From Macrostomum hystrix (Eukaryota > Animalia > Platyhelminthes), in the NCBI GenBank assembly GCA_950097015.1, contig CATNEN010000003.1, positions 9,362,001 to 9,426,000 on the forward strand: a stretch of DNA of 64,000 nt, written 5' to 3'. A program made the position numbers and the translations under genes. Every line of letters starts with the position of its first letter. Within the stretch, counting starts at the first letter, position 1. This document shows, piece by piece, positions 1 to 10,376 of this stretch. The notes under the pieces are model-generated. The model had not been told where the DNA came from. It searched no databases and worked only from the letters and a program-made list of their open reading frames with translations.

Positions 1-46
1 CAGCGCTCTAACTACTAGGATAAAATGAAACTCCTATTATCTACAA

Positions 47-1202
47 CAGCGGTTCTCAACCTTTTATTCAGGCGATCCTAATTTTTTCCCTTGCATCTTT
101 TTTGTTTGTTTGCGACCCCTATAATAAGCATGCGACCATGCGATAGCCAGCGAACTTTGGTGTGGAGAAGGAGGGAACTGTGCTCAGCCCCCATTTCCTT
201 GCACAGCGCTGTGAACAGTCGATGATTCAGAGGTCAGCTTTTGATGAAATTCACCACGGGAACGTCTGTCAAGACGGCGTCAGTCAGCTGACAAGTCTTT
301 GGCTGCCAGTGCTTCACGATGGATGAAGCAATGTGTCCAGCTAGCGTCAGGCGTGACATCCTGGATGCGATTCACAGCACCACTGTTCTTTCATGTGCAC
401 GCTGCCTGTGCACGCTGGTTCAGTGATACCAACTGATGGAATTTGACGCCTTAACTTCTCCATGAAGTATACTCGCGTGGCTTAGTCGCAACTTCAGGGT
501 GCTGGGTTTGCAGATGGCGCTTGAGATTTTTTGGTTTCATTGACTCCTTTGACAATGTGACTTCGCAGATAACACATTGTGGTTTTTCATTCGCAGTTTT
601 GAAACCTAACTCAAGAAATGCTTCATTATAACTGCGCTTAGGTGAGTTTGCAGACGATGCCATTAACAACAGATGAGATTGAATATCTAAATAGATGCCT
701 CTCTAATCCTAATCTAACCCTAATCCTAAGCAGGTTATTGTGCCTCCAATCGGCTAAGCCAAAAGGAATGGGAATGCGTTTAAATGTGGAGGTGGATTGT
801 TGAGAGGAGTTCGTCCTCTGGGTAAGGAGTTGCGATCGTTCGTTTTAAGCTCGCTGGGGTAACAAGGTAAAAGGGAGACCGAGAAGGAAAGTTTGTTTTG
901 CTTGTCGTGTGGTGTCGTGTGACTCAGCCCATATCTAGCAGAACAGGCTTAGCTTGCGACTGCGTGCATATTTTGTGTTGCGACTTCAAGTTGAGTGCTA
1001 GGCCGCTAGTGCTATAGCCATTGCAATGTAGCTAACAGCCTTTGACTTACTTTTACTTTTACTAAAAATGTTTTACTCTAATATCTCTAAAGGGTTCTTC
1101 CCCAATAAAAAATACATTTTTTATTTTTCTTTTTGCTGCGACCCCCAGAAAATGGTCACGCGACCCCCAGTGGGGTCGCGACCCACAGGTTGAGAACCAC
1201 TG
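47..1202 (-). mobile_element. Non-autonomous hAT (Buster/Charlie-type) deletion derivative, inside a misato intron
   Basis: TIRs CAGCGGTTCTCAACC (47-61) and GGTTGAGAACCACTG (1188-1202). Perfect 8-bp TSD ATCTACAA (39-46, 1203-1210) with central TA. Minus-strand transposase remnants: BED finger KPQCVIC...MKPKNLKRHLQTQHP (451-669), WTHCFIHREALAAK (~298-340) and HTKVRWLS (~140-165). Confidence 0.93.
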
Positions 1203-1215
1203 ATCTACAATATTG

Positions 1216-1290
1216 AAGTGAAGGGCAAATGTACACAAACCTGTGTGTGTGTGTGTGTGCGTCTGCGCTCAGGAATCAGCGAAATGGACT
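1216..1290 (+). mobile_element. SINE family A fragment
   Basis: Matches the GGGCAGATGTACAC...GCTCAGGAGTCAGCGAAATGG segment of the full copy at 37768. Confidence 0.6.
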
Positions 1291-1354
1291 TATGCGGTTA
1301 ATTGTCGTCAACTTATGCGCCAGTGCCAAATATTATTAATCTTACTATAATACA

Positions 1355-1558
1355 AAGGTCAGGGGTTCGATTCTTGACTCCACTGCCCCACTTATTCTCT
1401 TTTAGCAAGGCACTTAACACAGTACTGATTCCGTTCACTAAGCTGTTAAATAGGGGTCATTAGGTAAATAGGGGCGGTTGTGGCGTCCCCCCAGTCCATG
1501 GACTGAACAGGCAGTACGCATGTCGGCTGCACATCTGGCCCAATTGGGGCAGGTGCAA
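1355..1558 (+). mobile_element. SINE family B copy (5' truncated)
   Basis: B-box GGTTCGATTC, TTTAGCAAGGCACTTAAC core, CCAGTCCATGGACTGAACAG and 3' GGGGCAGGTG, as in the copy at 39041-39346. Confidence 0.8.
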
Positions 1559-1603
1559 TTAGTTAGAAATTAGGATTGGGATTTGAAAACAATCAAAACC
1601 CAC

Positions 1604-4600
1604 CTGCAAGCAGTCGCACTCTTCAGCAAACAGACGCAGTCTAGATTCGATTTCATCCCTGACTTCTCCAGCTCCGGATTCCATAGCTGTGACGGATGAC
1701 AGGTGCAGCAAGGATCGCGGATGAAGCCGGGTGCCGAGGCAGTCATTCCAAGCGCGAAAGCTGGACTCCGAGTACACAGAGGAGCCAGTGACACCATCGT
1801 CACCGATACTGAAAGCCTGCCTTTGAAACTCGTGTCTCTGGCTTGTCCGAGTTCGCACCTCAACTGGTAGGCCGCGCGAGGCAACAGCGGCTGCAGCTGC
1901 GGCAATTGTCGCTGAATCGCCGTCATCGGGGATGCTTCCGGAGGCAGCCGTGAAATCGTGTCCATCGAAGCCGTCGACTTTTGGATTCCGAATATATTGA
2001 TATTAGATATGAGAGTCTAGACAATGTCTAACTGGAGACTGGATGTTACAGATTTTAGTTCCTTAAATTTAATTTTCCACTTAAACTCCTCCGAAAAAAG
2101 CAGTTTCGCTCGTTGTCACCTATTAGTCTAGATTCTATAATGTTGGTGTTTATTGGTCTAGAATGTTGGTGTTTATTGGTCTAGAATGCTGGTGTTTATT
2201 GGTCTAGAATGTTGGTGTATTATTGGTCTAGAATGTTGGTGTTTATTGGTCTAGAATGTCGGTGTTTATTGGTCTAGAATGTTGGTGTTTATTGGTCTAG
2301 AATGTTGGTGTTTATTGGTCTAGAATGTTGGTGTATTATTGGTCTAGAATGCTGGTGTTTATTGGTCTAGAATGTTGTTGTATTATTGGTCTAGAATGTT
2401 GGTGTTTATTGGTCTAGAATGTCGGTGTTTATTGGTCTAGAATGTTGGTGTATTATTGGTCTAGAATGTTGTTGTATTATTGGTCTAGAATGTTGGTGTT
2501 TATTGGTCTAGAATGTTGGTGTTTATTGGTCTAGAATGTTGGTGTTTATTAGTCTAGAATGTTGGTGTTTATTGGTCTAGAATGTTGGTGTTTATTGGTC
2601 TAGAATGCTGGTGTTTATTGGTCTAGAATGTTGGTGTATTATTGGTCTAGAATGTTGTTGTATTATTGGTCTAGAATGTTGGTGTTTATTGGTCTAGAAT
2701 GCTGGTGTTTATTGGTCTAGAATGTTGGTGTTTATTGGTCCAGAATGTTGGTGTTTATTGGTCTAGAATGTTGGTGTTTATTGGTCTAGAATGTCGGTGT
2801 TTATTGGTCTAGAATGTTGGTGTTTATTAGTCTAGAATGTTGGTGTTTATTGGTCTAGAATGTTGGTGTTTATTGGTCTAGAATGTTGGTGTATTATTGG
2901 TCTAGAATGTTGGTGTTTATTGGTCCAGAATGTTGGTGTTTATTGGTCTAGAATGTTGGTGTTTATTGGTCTAGAATGTTGGTGTTTATTGGTCTAGAAT
3001 GTCGGTGTTTATTGGTCTAGAATGTTGTTGTATTATTGGTCTAGAATGTTGGTGTTTATTGGTCTAGAATGTCGGTGTTTATTGGTCTAGAATGTTGGTG
3101 TTTATTGGTCTAGAATGTCGGTGTTTATTGGTCTAGAATGTTGGTGTTTATTGGTCTAGAATGTCGGTGTTTATTGGTCTAGAATGTTGTTGTATTATTG
3201 GTCTAGAATGTTGGTGTTTATTGGTCCAGAATGTTGGTGTTTATTGGTCTAGAATGTTGGTGTTTATTGGTCTAGAATGTTGGTGTTTATTGGTCTAGAA
3301 TGTCGGTGTTTATTGGTCTAGAATGTTGTTGTATTATTGGTCTAGAATGTTGGTGTATTATTGGTCTAGAATGTTGGTGTTTATTGGTCTAGAATGTTGG
3401 TGTATTATTGGTCTAGAATGTTGGTGTTTATTGGTCTAGAATGTCGGTGTTTATTGGTCTAGAATGTTGGTGTTTATTGGTCTAGAATGTCGGTGTTTAT
3501 TGGTCTAGAATGTTGGTGTATTATTGGTCTAGAATGTTGGTGTTTATTGGTCTAGAATGTCGGTGTTTATTGGTCTAGAATGTTGGTGTATTATTGGTCT
3601 AGAATGTTGTTGTATTATTGGTCTAGAATGTTGGTGTTTATTGGTCTAGAATGTCGGTGTTTATTGGTCTAGAATGTTGGTGTATTATTGGTCTAGAATG
3701 TTGGTGTTTATTGGTCTAGAATGTCGGTGTTTATTGGTCTAGAATGTTGGTGTTTATTGGTCTAGAATGTCGGTGTTTATTGGTCTAGAATGTTGGTGTA
3801 TTATTGGTCTAGAATGTTGGTGTTTATTGGTCTAGAATGTCGGTGTTTATTGGTCTAGAATGTTGGTGTATTATTGGTCTAGAATGTTGTTGTATTATTG
3901 GTCTAGAATGTTGGTGTTTATTGGTCTAGAATGTCGGTGTTTATTGGTCTAGAATGTTGGTGTATTATTGGTCTAGAATGTTGTTGTATTATTGGTCTAG
4001 AATGTTGGTGTTTATTGGTCTAGAATGTTGGTGTTTATTGGTCTAGAATGTTGGTGTTTATTGGTCTAGAATGTTGGTGTTTATTGGTCTAGAATGTTGG
4101 TGTTTATTGGTCTAGAATGCTGGTGTTTATTGGTCTAGAATGTTGGTGTATTATTGGTCTAGAATGTTGGTGTTTATTGGTCTAGAATGTCGGTGTTTAT
4201 TGGTCTAGAATGTTGGTGTTTATTAGTCTAGAATGTTGGTGTTTATTGGTCTAGAATGTTGGTGTTTATTGGTCTAGAATGCTGGTGTTTATTGGTCTAG
4301 AATGTTGGTGTATTATTGGTCTAGAATGTTGGTGTTTATTGGTCTAGAATGTTGGTGTTTATTGGTCTAGAATGTTGGTGTTTATTGGTCTAGAATGTTG
4401 GTGTTTATTGGTCTAGAATGCTGGTGTTTATTGGTCTAGAATGTTGGTGTATTATTGGTCTAGAATGTTGGTGTTTATTGGTCTAGAATGTCGGTGTTTA
4501 TTGGTCTAGAATGTTGGTGTTTATTAGTCTAGAATGTTGGTGTTTATTGGTCTAGAATGTTGGTGTTTATTGGTCTAGAATGCTGGTGTTTATTGGTCTA

Positions 4601-6134
4601 GAATGTTGGTGTATTATTGGTCTAGAATGTTGGTGTTTATTGGTCTAGAATGTTGGTGTTTATTGGTCTAGAATGTTGGTGTTTATTGGTCTAGAATGTT
4701 GGTGTTTATTGGTCTAGAATGCTGGTGTTTATTGGTCTAGAATGTCGGTGTTTATTGGTCTAGAATGTTGGTGTTTATTAGTCTAGAATGTTGGTGTTTA
4801 TTGGTCTAGAATGTTGGTGTTTATTGGTCTAGAATGCTGGTGTTTATTGGTCTAGAATGTTGGTGTATTATTGGTCTAGAATGTTGGTGTTTATTGGTCT
4901 AGAATGTCGGTGTTTATTGGTCTAGAATGTTGGTGTATTATTGGTCTAGAATGTTGTTGTATTATTGGTCTAGAATGTTGGTGTTTATTGGTCTAGAATG
5001 TTGGTGTTTATTGGTCTAGAATGTTGGTGTTTATTGGTCTAGAATGTTGGTGTTTATTGGTCTAGAATGTTGGTGTTTATTGGTCCAGAATGTTGGTGTT
5101 TATTGGTCTAGAATGTTGGTGTTTATTGGTCCAGAATGTTGGTGTTTATTGGTCTAGAATGTCGGTGTTTATTGGTCTAGAATGTTGGTGTATTATTGGT
5201 CTAGAATGTTGGTGTTTATTGGTCTAGAATGTTGGTGTTTATTGGTCTAGAATGTTGGTGTTTATTGGTCTAGAATGTTGGTGTTTATTGGTCTAGAATG
5301 TTGTTGTATTATTGGTCTAGAATGTTGTTGTATTATTGGTCTAGAATGTTGGTGTTTATTGGTCCAGAATGTTGGTGTTTATTGGTCTAGAATGTTGTTG
5401 TATTATTGGTCTAGAATGTTGGTGTTTATTGGTCTAGAATGTTGGTGTTTATTGGTCTAGAATGTCGGTGTTTATTGGTCTAGAATGTTGGTGTTTATTG
5501 GTCTAGAATGTTGGTGTTTATTGGTCTAGAATGTTGGTGTTTATTGGTCTAGAATGTTGGTGTATTATTGGTCTAGAATGTTGGTGTTTATTGGTCTAGA
5601 ATGTTGGTGTTTATTGGTCCAGAATGTTGGTGTTTATTGGTCTAGAATGTTGGTGTTTATTGGTCTAGAATGTTGGTGTTTATTGGTCCAGAATGTTGGT
5701 GTATTATTGGTCTAGAATGTTGGTGTTTATTGGTCTAGAATGTTGGTGTTTATTGGTCCAGAATGTTGGTGTTTATTGGTCTAGAATGTTGGTGTTTATT
5801 GGTCCAGAATGTTGGTGTTTATTGGTCTAGAATGTTGGTGTTTATTGGTCCAGAATGTTAGTGTATATAATTTTGAAACCTTTCAGAACTCACGATTAAC
5901 AGTTGGAACAGGCAGCGGGGACCATCGGTCGCACATGACCAGCCGGGGTGTGTAAGTTGTTCGACCTCTCGCGTCTTCGCCAACTCGAAACAGAGCATCA
6001 TGATCGGCTTCCATGGGCTGCTCAGTAGAGTTCTCAGATCCATACCGAAACGAGGCCTCTTGTAGGTTCCAGAAATGCGCCCCAACAAAGCAGGCGTTCG
6101 GCCCAAGCTGAACTGTAATCACTTCCTGTGTCAT
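1604..6134 (-). CDS. MSTO1: Misato homolog (tubulin/FtsZ-like), exons 1-2; gene continues left beyond the window
   Basis: Exon 1 6134-5894 MTQEVITVQLGPNACFVGAHFWNLQ...LFRVGEDARGRTTYTPRLVMCD, donor gtgagt. Exon 2 1977-1604 (aag acceptor) ...WNDCLGTRLHPRS...RLRLFAEECDCLQ, donor gtgggt. Phases are compatible (241+374 nt) and the motifs match Misato segment II and the tubulin-like domain. Confidence 0.92.
2125..5857. repeat. Minisatellite, 23-bp unit (24-bp variants) TATTGGTCTAGAATGTTGGTGTT, ~3.7 kb, in misato intron 1
   Basis: Direct inspection; about 160 highly homogeneous units, with variant units recurring in higher-order patterns. Confidence 0.97.
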
Positions 6135-6254
6135 GCTTAACAATGTGTCTGCAATATGGATTTTATAATGCACAATGATTCCAAAGCGATATGCTTAGAA
6201 AATCACATAATTAATATATTAACAGAGTAAACATTTATAAATAAGTCATTTACA

Positions 6255-6940
6255 AACCCAATCAAACAGGATCGATAAACTATAAACTGTCAAACAGTAT
6301 CTATAAACCCAATCAATCAGGATCTATAAACCCAATCAATCAGGATCCATAAACCCAATCTATCAGGATCTATAAACCCAATCTATCAGAATATATAAAC
6401 ACAATCTATCAGGATTTATAAACCCAATCTATCAGGATCTATAAACCCAATCTATCAGGATCTATAAACCCAATCAATCAGGATCTATAAACCCAATCAA
6501 TCAGGATCCATAAACCCAATCTATCAGGATCTATAAACCCAATCAATCAGGATTTATAAACCCAATCAATCAGGATCTATAAACCCAATCTATCAGGATC
6601 TATAAACCCAATCAATCAGGATATATAAACCCAATCTATCAGGATCTATAAACCCAATCAATCAGGATTTATAAACCCAATCAATCAGGATCTATAAACC
6701 CAATCAATCAGGATCCATAAACCCAATCAATCAGGATCCATAAACCCAATCTATCAGGATCTATAAACCCAATCTATCAGGATCTATAAACCCAATCTAT
6801 CAGGATTTTTAAACCCAATCAATCAGGATCTATAAACCCAATCAATCAGGATCTATAAACCCAATCAATCAGGATTTTTAAACCCAATCTATCAGGATAT
6901 ATAAACCCAATCTATCAGGATCTATAAACTCAATCAATCA
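6255..6940. repeat. Minisatellite, 23-bp unit TATAAACCCAATC(A/T)ATCAGGATC
   Basis: Direct inspection; about 30 units between the upstream gene's 3' end and misato. Confidence 0.95.
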
Positions 6941-7527
6941 CTACATCGATGTTTTTCTATGAATAAAAAATTAACCGAAGTAAAGACAGAACTTAAACAA
7001 TTTATAAATGCGAAGATTTATTGATAATATTATTAAAAACCAAATATCAAATAAATGTAAAAATAAACGAAATGTATTACTATTAGCACCATTAGATATT
7101 AGAAATGTATTAAAAGTTATTAATTAATTCAAGAATAGTAAGCATAAAACAATTCAGAAGCATAACCTGATAGCGGTTATTATGCACAAAGTTTGAAAAT
7201 GAAAAATAGGTCAAATAATATTTGTAAAAACTCTAAAAAACTGTCTTCAGTTGGACACTGGAACAGACAAAGATGGAAATGCTAGTACTACTGGATATGT
7301 ACTATAAATCAGAGCTATAAAACAGACTATAACAAATCTGAAATGCTGGCATTGAAAGCACAAAGTTAACAAATAGATTTTTCCACAATGCATCTCGAGG
7401 TTTAAAAGTTGTTATAATCAACTAAACAAAATAACATTTTCAAACGAGCAGTTCTCTTGATAAATCGTTGGCACAAAGGCTAATTTTCAGAACTAAACAG
7501 CCTGTTTAGTGGAAGAAATGAAATCTA

Positions 7528-10376
7528 TTACACTGCGCTTTCGAAACGCGACCGAAATGACGATGAAGAGACAGCGCCGGTGACAGCAGCAGCAGCAGTG
7601 GAAGCCGCAGCCGCATCGTTGTCAACAATGCTCGCAGGTAACAGAACGCTATTATTTCGTCGCTTTTTTAGTTTGAAACTGTACCGACCAGTTAATAGCT
7701 GGCGAGCTGTGGACATTTTCTTGTTTGTTGATTTAGAAACGGATGAAGGCAGGTGCTGTTGCTGCTGTTGCTGTGGTTGCGCCGGAGGCGGCGGCGGTGG
7801 AGGCGCCGGTGGCTGCTGATTGCGCAGTCTTTGAGGTGGCGTCTGCCAAGGTGCCGCCGAAGAGAGGGCCGACGAAGAAGACGGAAAACGACGGGGTGGA
7901 GGGGGCGGCGGCGGCGGCGGTGGTTGGTGATGAGCGAAGTCCCACCTGTCGCCGCAGGATGAAAGGCAGTCCTGAAAATTGAAAGCGGAATGAAATAGCT
8001 GTAAACTTGCTTTAGGCTGAGTAGATAATGAGGAAGAAAGGTGAATTAATAATAATAATCATTGCAGGAGGGCAGCGGGAAATGGCACATCATTTTGTGA
8101 CCCTAGACCAGGGGTCGGCAAACTTATTAGCTTGTGGGCCAAAAAGAGAACCTAAAAGACGGCAGCGGGCCGCATTGACTGTAGAAAGATGAGATAGGGG
8201 AGAGATGAGGCACGGGAGAGACGAGACTGAGGAGAGACGAGACTGAGGAGAGACGAGACTGAGGAGAGACGAGACTGAGGAGAGATGAGACACGGGAGAG
8301 ACGAGACTGAGGAGAGATGAGACACGGGAGAGACGAGACTGAGGAGAGATGAGACACGGGATAGACGAGACTGAGGAGAGATGAGACACGGGAGAGACGG
8401 GACTGAGGAGAGATGAGACACGGGAGAGACGAGACTGAGGAGAGATGAGACACGGGAGAGACGAGACTGAGGAGAGATGAGACAGCGGAGAGATGAGACA
8501 CGGGAGAGACGAGACTGAGGAGAGATGAGGCATGGGAGAGATGAGACACGGGAGAGATGAGACTGAGGAGAGATGAGACAGCGGAGAGATGAGACACGGA
8601 AGAGACGAGACAGGGGAAAGATGAAACAGGGGAAAGATTAAACAGGATACTGTAGGTGTCGGAAGGGGCAACGGGCCGGATTTGGGAGCTTCGAGGGCCG
8701 CATCTGGCCCGCGGGCCGGAGTTTGCCGTCCCCTGCCCTAGACCCACAGCCATGCTGAGCACAAACGCACACAGATACTGTACGCAGGCACACGCTCACA
8801 CAGGTGTGTACATCTCCCCTGACCTTTCTCATCGTCAGGCAGTGTACACTCTCACTGTGCCTTGGAGGTTGGCCCTCGAGGGCGTAAATTGCACGGCCAG
8901 CCCCAACGCGTTCTCTCCGCGGCCCAAAATGACGTGGCCTTGCCGCGGAATCGAGCTCAGGGACCGTGGCGCGAGAGGCAAACACGTAAGACCGCTACTG
9001 CCACTCACCCCGGGAGAAAAGAGGGTGAATAGTGAAGTGAGAGGGGTTGGAAAATTATGATCAAAAGGTGATTCAAGCAACGCGGAGTAATGTGAGCTGA
9101 CCTGCAACTCGTGGCAGCGCCTGAGCAGTCGGCCGCACCTTGCCGACTCCTGTTCTGCCTCCCTGGCAAGCTGTCGGCACCAGTCCTCGCGAAGTAGTAG
9201 GTCGCAGCGGGCTCGCTTCAAATCCTCTTCGCGTTTTGCTAGGAGAGTGGCCAATTCGCGAGCCCGGCTAGTGGCCTCCTAATCAATTATTGACAAAATT
9301 TTGGTTCCTGGGTAAGCTTTTTACTAGCGACAATTTGTAACAATGGAGAAGGAAAAACGCTAACTCGAATGGACAAGTGAGCAAAAAAGAAAGGCAAGAA
9401 AAAAGCGAGGCGACAAAACAAAAAATGGAAAGAGACTAGGACAGACAGGAAATAACTTAATAAGACAGTAGGACAGACAGGAAGTAACTTAATAAGGCAG
9501 TAGGACAGACAGAAAATAACTTAATAAGACAGTAGGACGAACAGGAAATAAGACAGTAGGACAGACAGGAAATAAGACAGTAGGACAGACAGGAAATAAG
9601 ACAGTAGGACAGACAGGAAATAAGACAGTAGGACAGACAGGAAATAAGACAGTAGGACAGACAGGAAATAAGACAGTAGGACAGACAGGAAATAAGACAG
9701 TAGGACAGACAGGAAATAAGACAGTAGGACAGACAGGAAATAAGACAGTAGGACAGACAGGAAATAAGACAGTAGGACAGACAGGAAATAAGACAGTAGG
9801 ACAGACAGGAAATAAGACAGTAGGACAGACAGGAAATAAGACAGTAGGACAGACAGGAAATAAGACAGTAGGACAGACAGGAAATAAGACAGTAGGACAG
9901 ACAGGAAATATAAGAGCAGATAACTAAGGAAAGCAATGAGGACAGGAAGAAACATGCCTCACCTGCAAATCGCATTCCAGTCGCCGTATCTCCAGCTTCT
10001 GCAGTCGCGTCAACTCACGCAATTGTTGACTATTAGAATCGTCAACAATGCCGCGCTGCTGCTGTTGAAGAATGAGGCGCCATTGTCTGCGCTGTTCCTG
10101 ACGCAGTCTGGCTTCGCTGGCACGCCCGCCGTTGTCGCTGTCCAGATCGACAAAGCTGTCGGCAATGCCAGCCAGGTCAAATCCGGCAGATTTGTCAACT
10201 GCATGATCAGCAAAGCTAGTACCATCCACACTCAGACTGTTGCTACTATCGCTACTGCTAGCTATGACTGACAGTGGCCAGAGATCTAGATCGGCGCCAG
10301 TGGTGGCATCGCAACTGGCATCATCGATTCCTAACGGCGATGATGGCGGCGGTGGCAGCTGTCTAGTGCTTTCCAT
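7528..10376 (-). CDS. Uncharacterised 344-aa protein: acidic/Ser-rich N-terminus, coiled coil, polyproline/polyQ region, C-terminal ESAV
   Basis: Three phase-0 exons: 10376-9963 (donor gtgagg), 9278-9102 (tag/gtcagc) and 7971-7528 (cag, stop TAA). Continuous ORF with GC-rich coding composition; AATAAA on the minus strand at 7017-7022. Confidence 0.78.
8048..8990 (-). mobile_element. SINE family A copy interrupted by a hAT MITE
   Basis: SINE A 3' end (8048-8108) and body/head (8744-8990) flank the MITE. Confidence 0.82.
8109..8735. mobile_element. hAT (Charlie/Buster-type) MITE with internal GAGAC/GAGAT tandem array
   Basis: TIRs CAGGGGTCGGCAAACT and AGTTTGCCGTCCCCTG; perfect 8-bp TSD CCCTAGAC (8101-8108, 8736-8743); second copy at 61871. 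Confidence 0.93.
9435..9910. repeat. Minisatellite, 24-bp unit GGAAATAAGACAGTAGGACAGACA
   Basis: Direct inspection; intronic. Confidence 0.95.

Noticed and set aside
700-730. Telomere-like CTAATC/CCCTAA patch
   Set aside because: Only a few degenerate units inside a hAT element; not an interstitial telomere array.
2125-5857. CRISPR-like periodicity in this and other arrays
   Set aside because: No unique spacers, no cas genes, eukaryotic intronic context; these are minisatellites.
7580-7982. Plus-strand Ala/Gly/Arg-rich ORFs
   Set aside because: Antisense shadows of the Pro/Gln-rich last exon of the minus-strand gene.
8090-9975. ORFs of 115-211 aa (LISP/VSSL, LSYC and SINE-derived)
   Set aside because: Translations of MITE-internal repeats, SINE A and the 24-bp satellite; only 9102-9278 is a supported exon.
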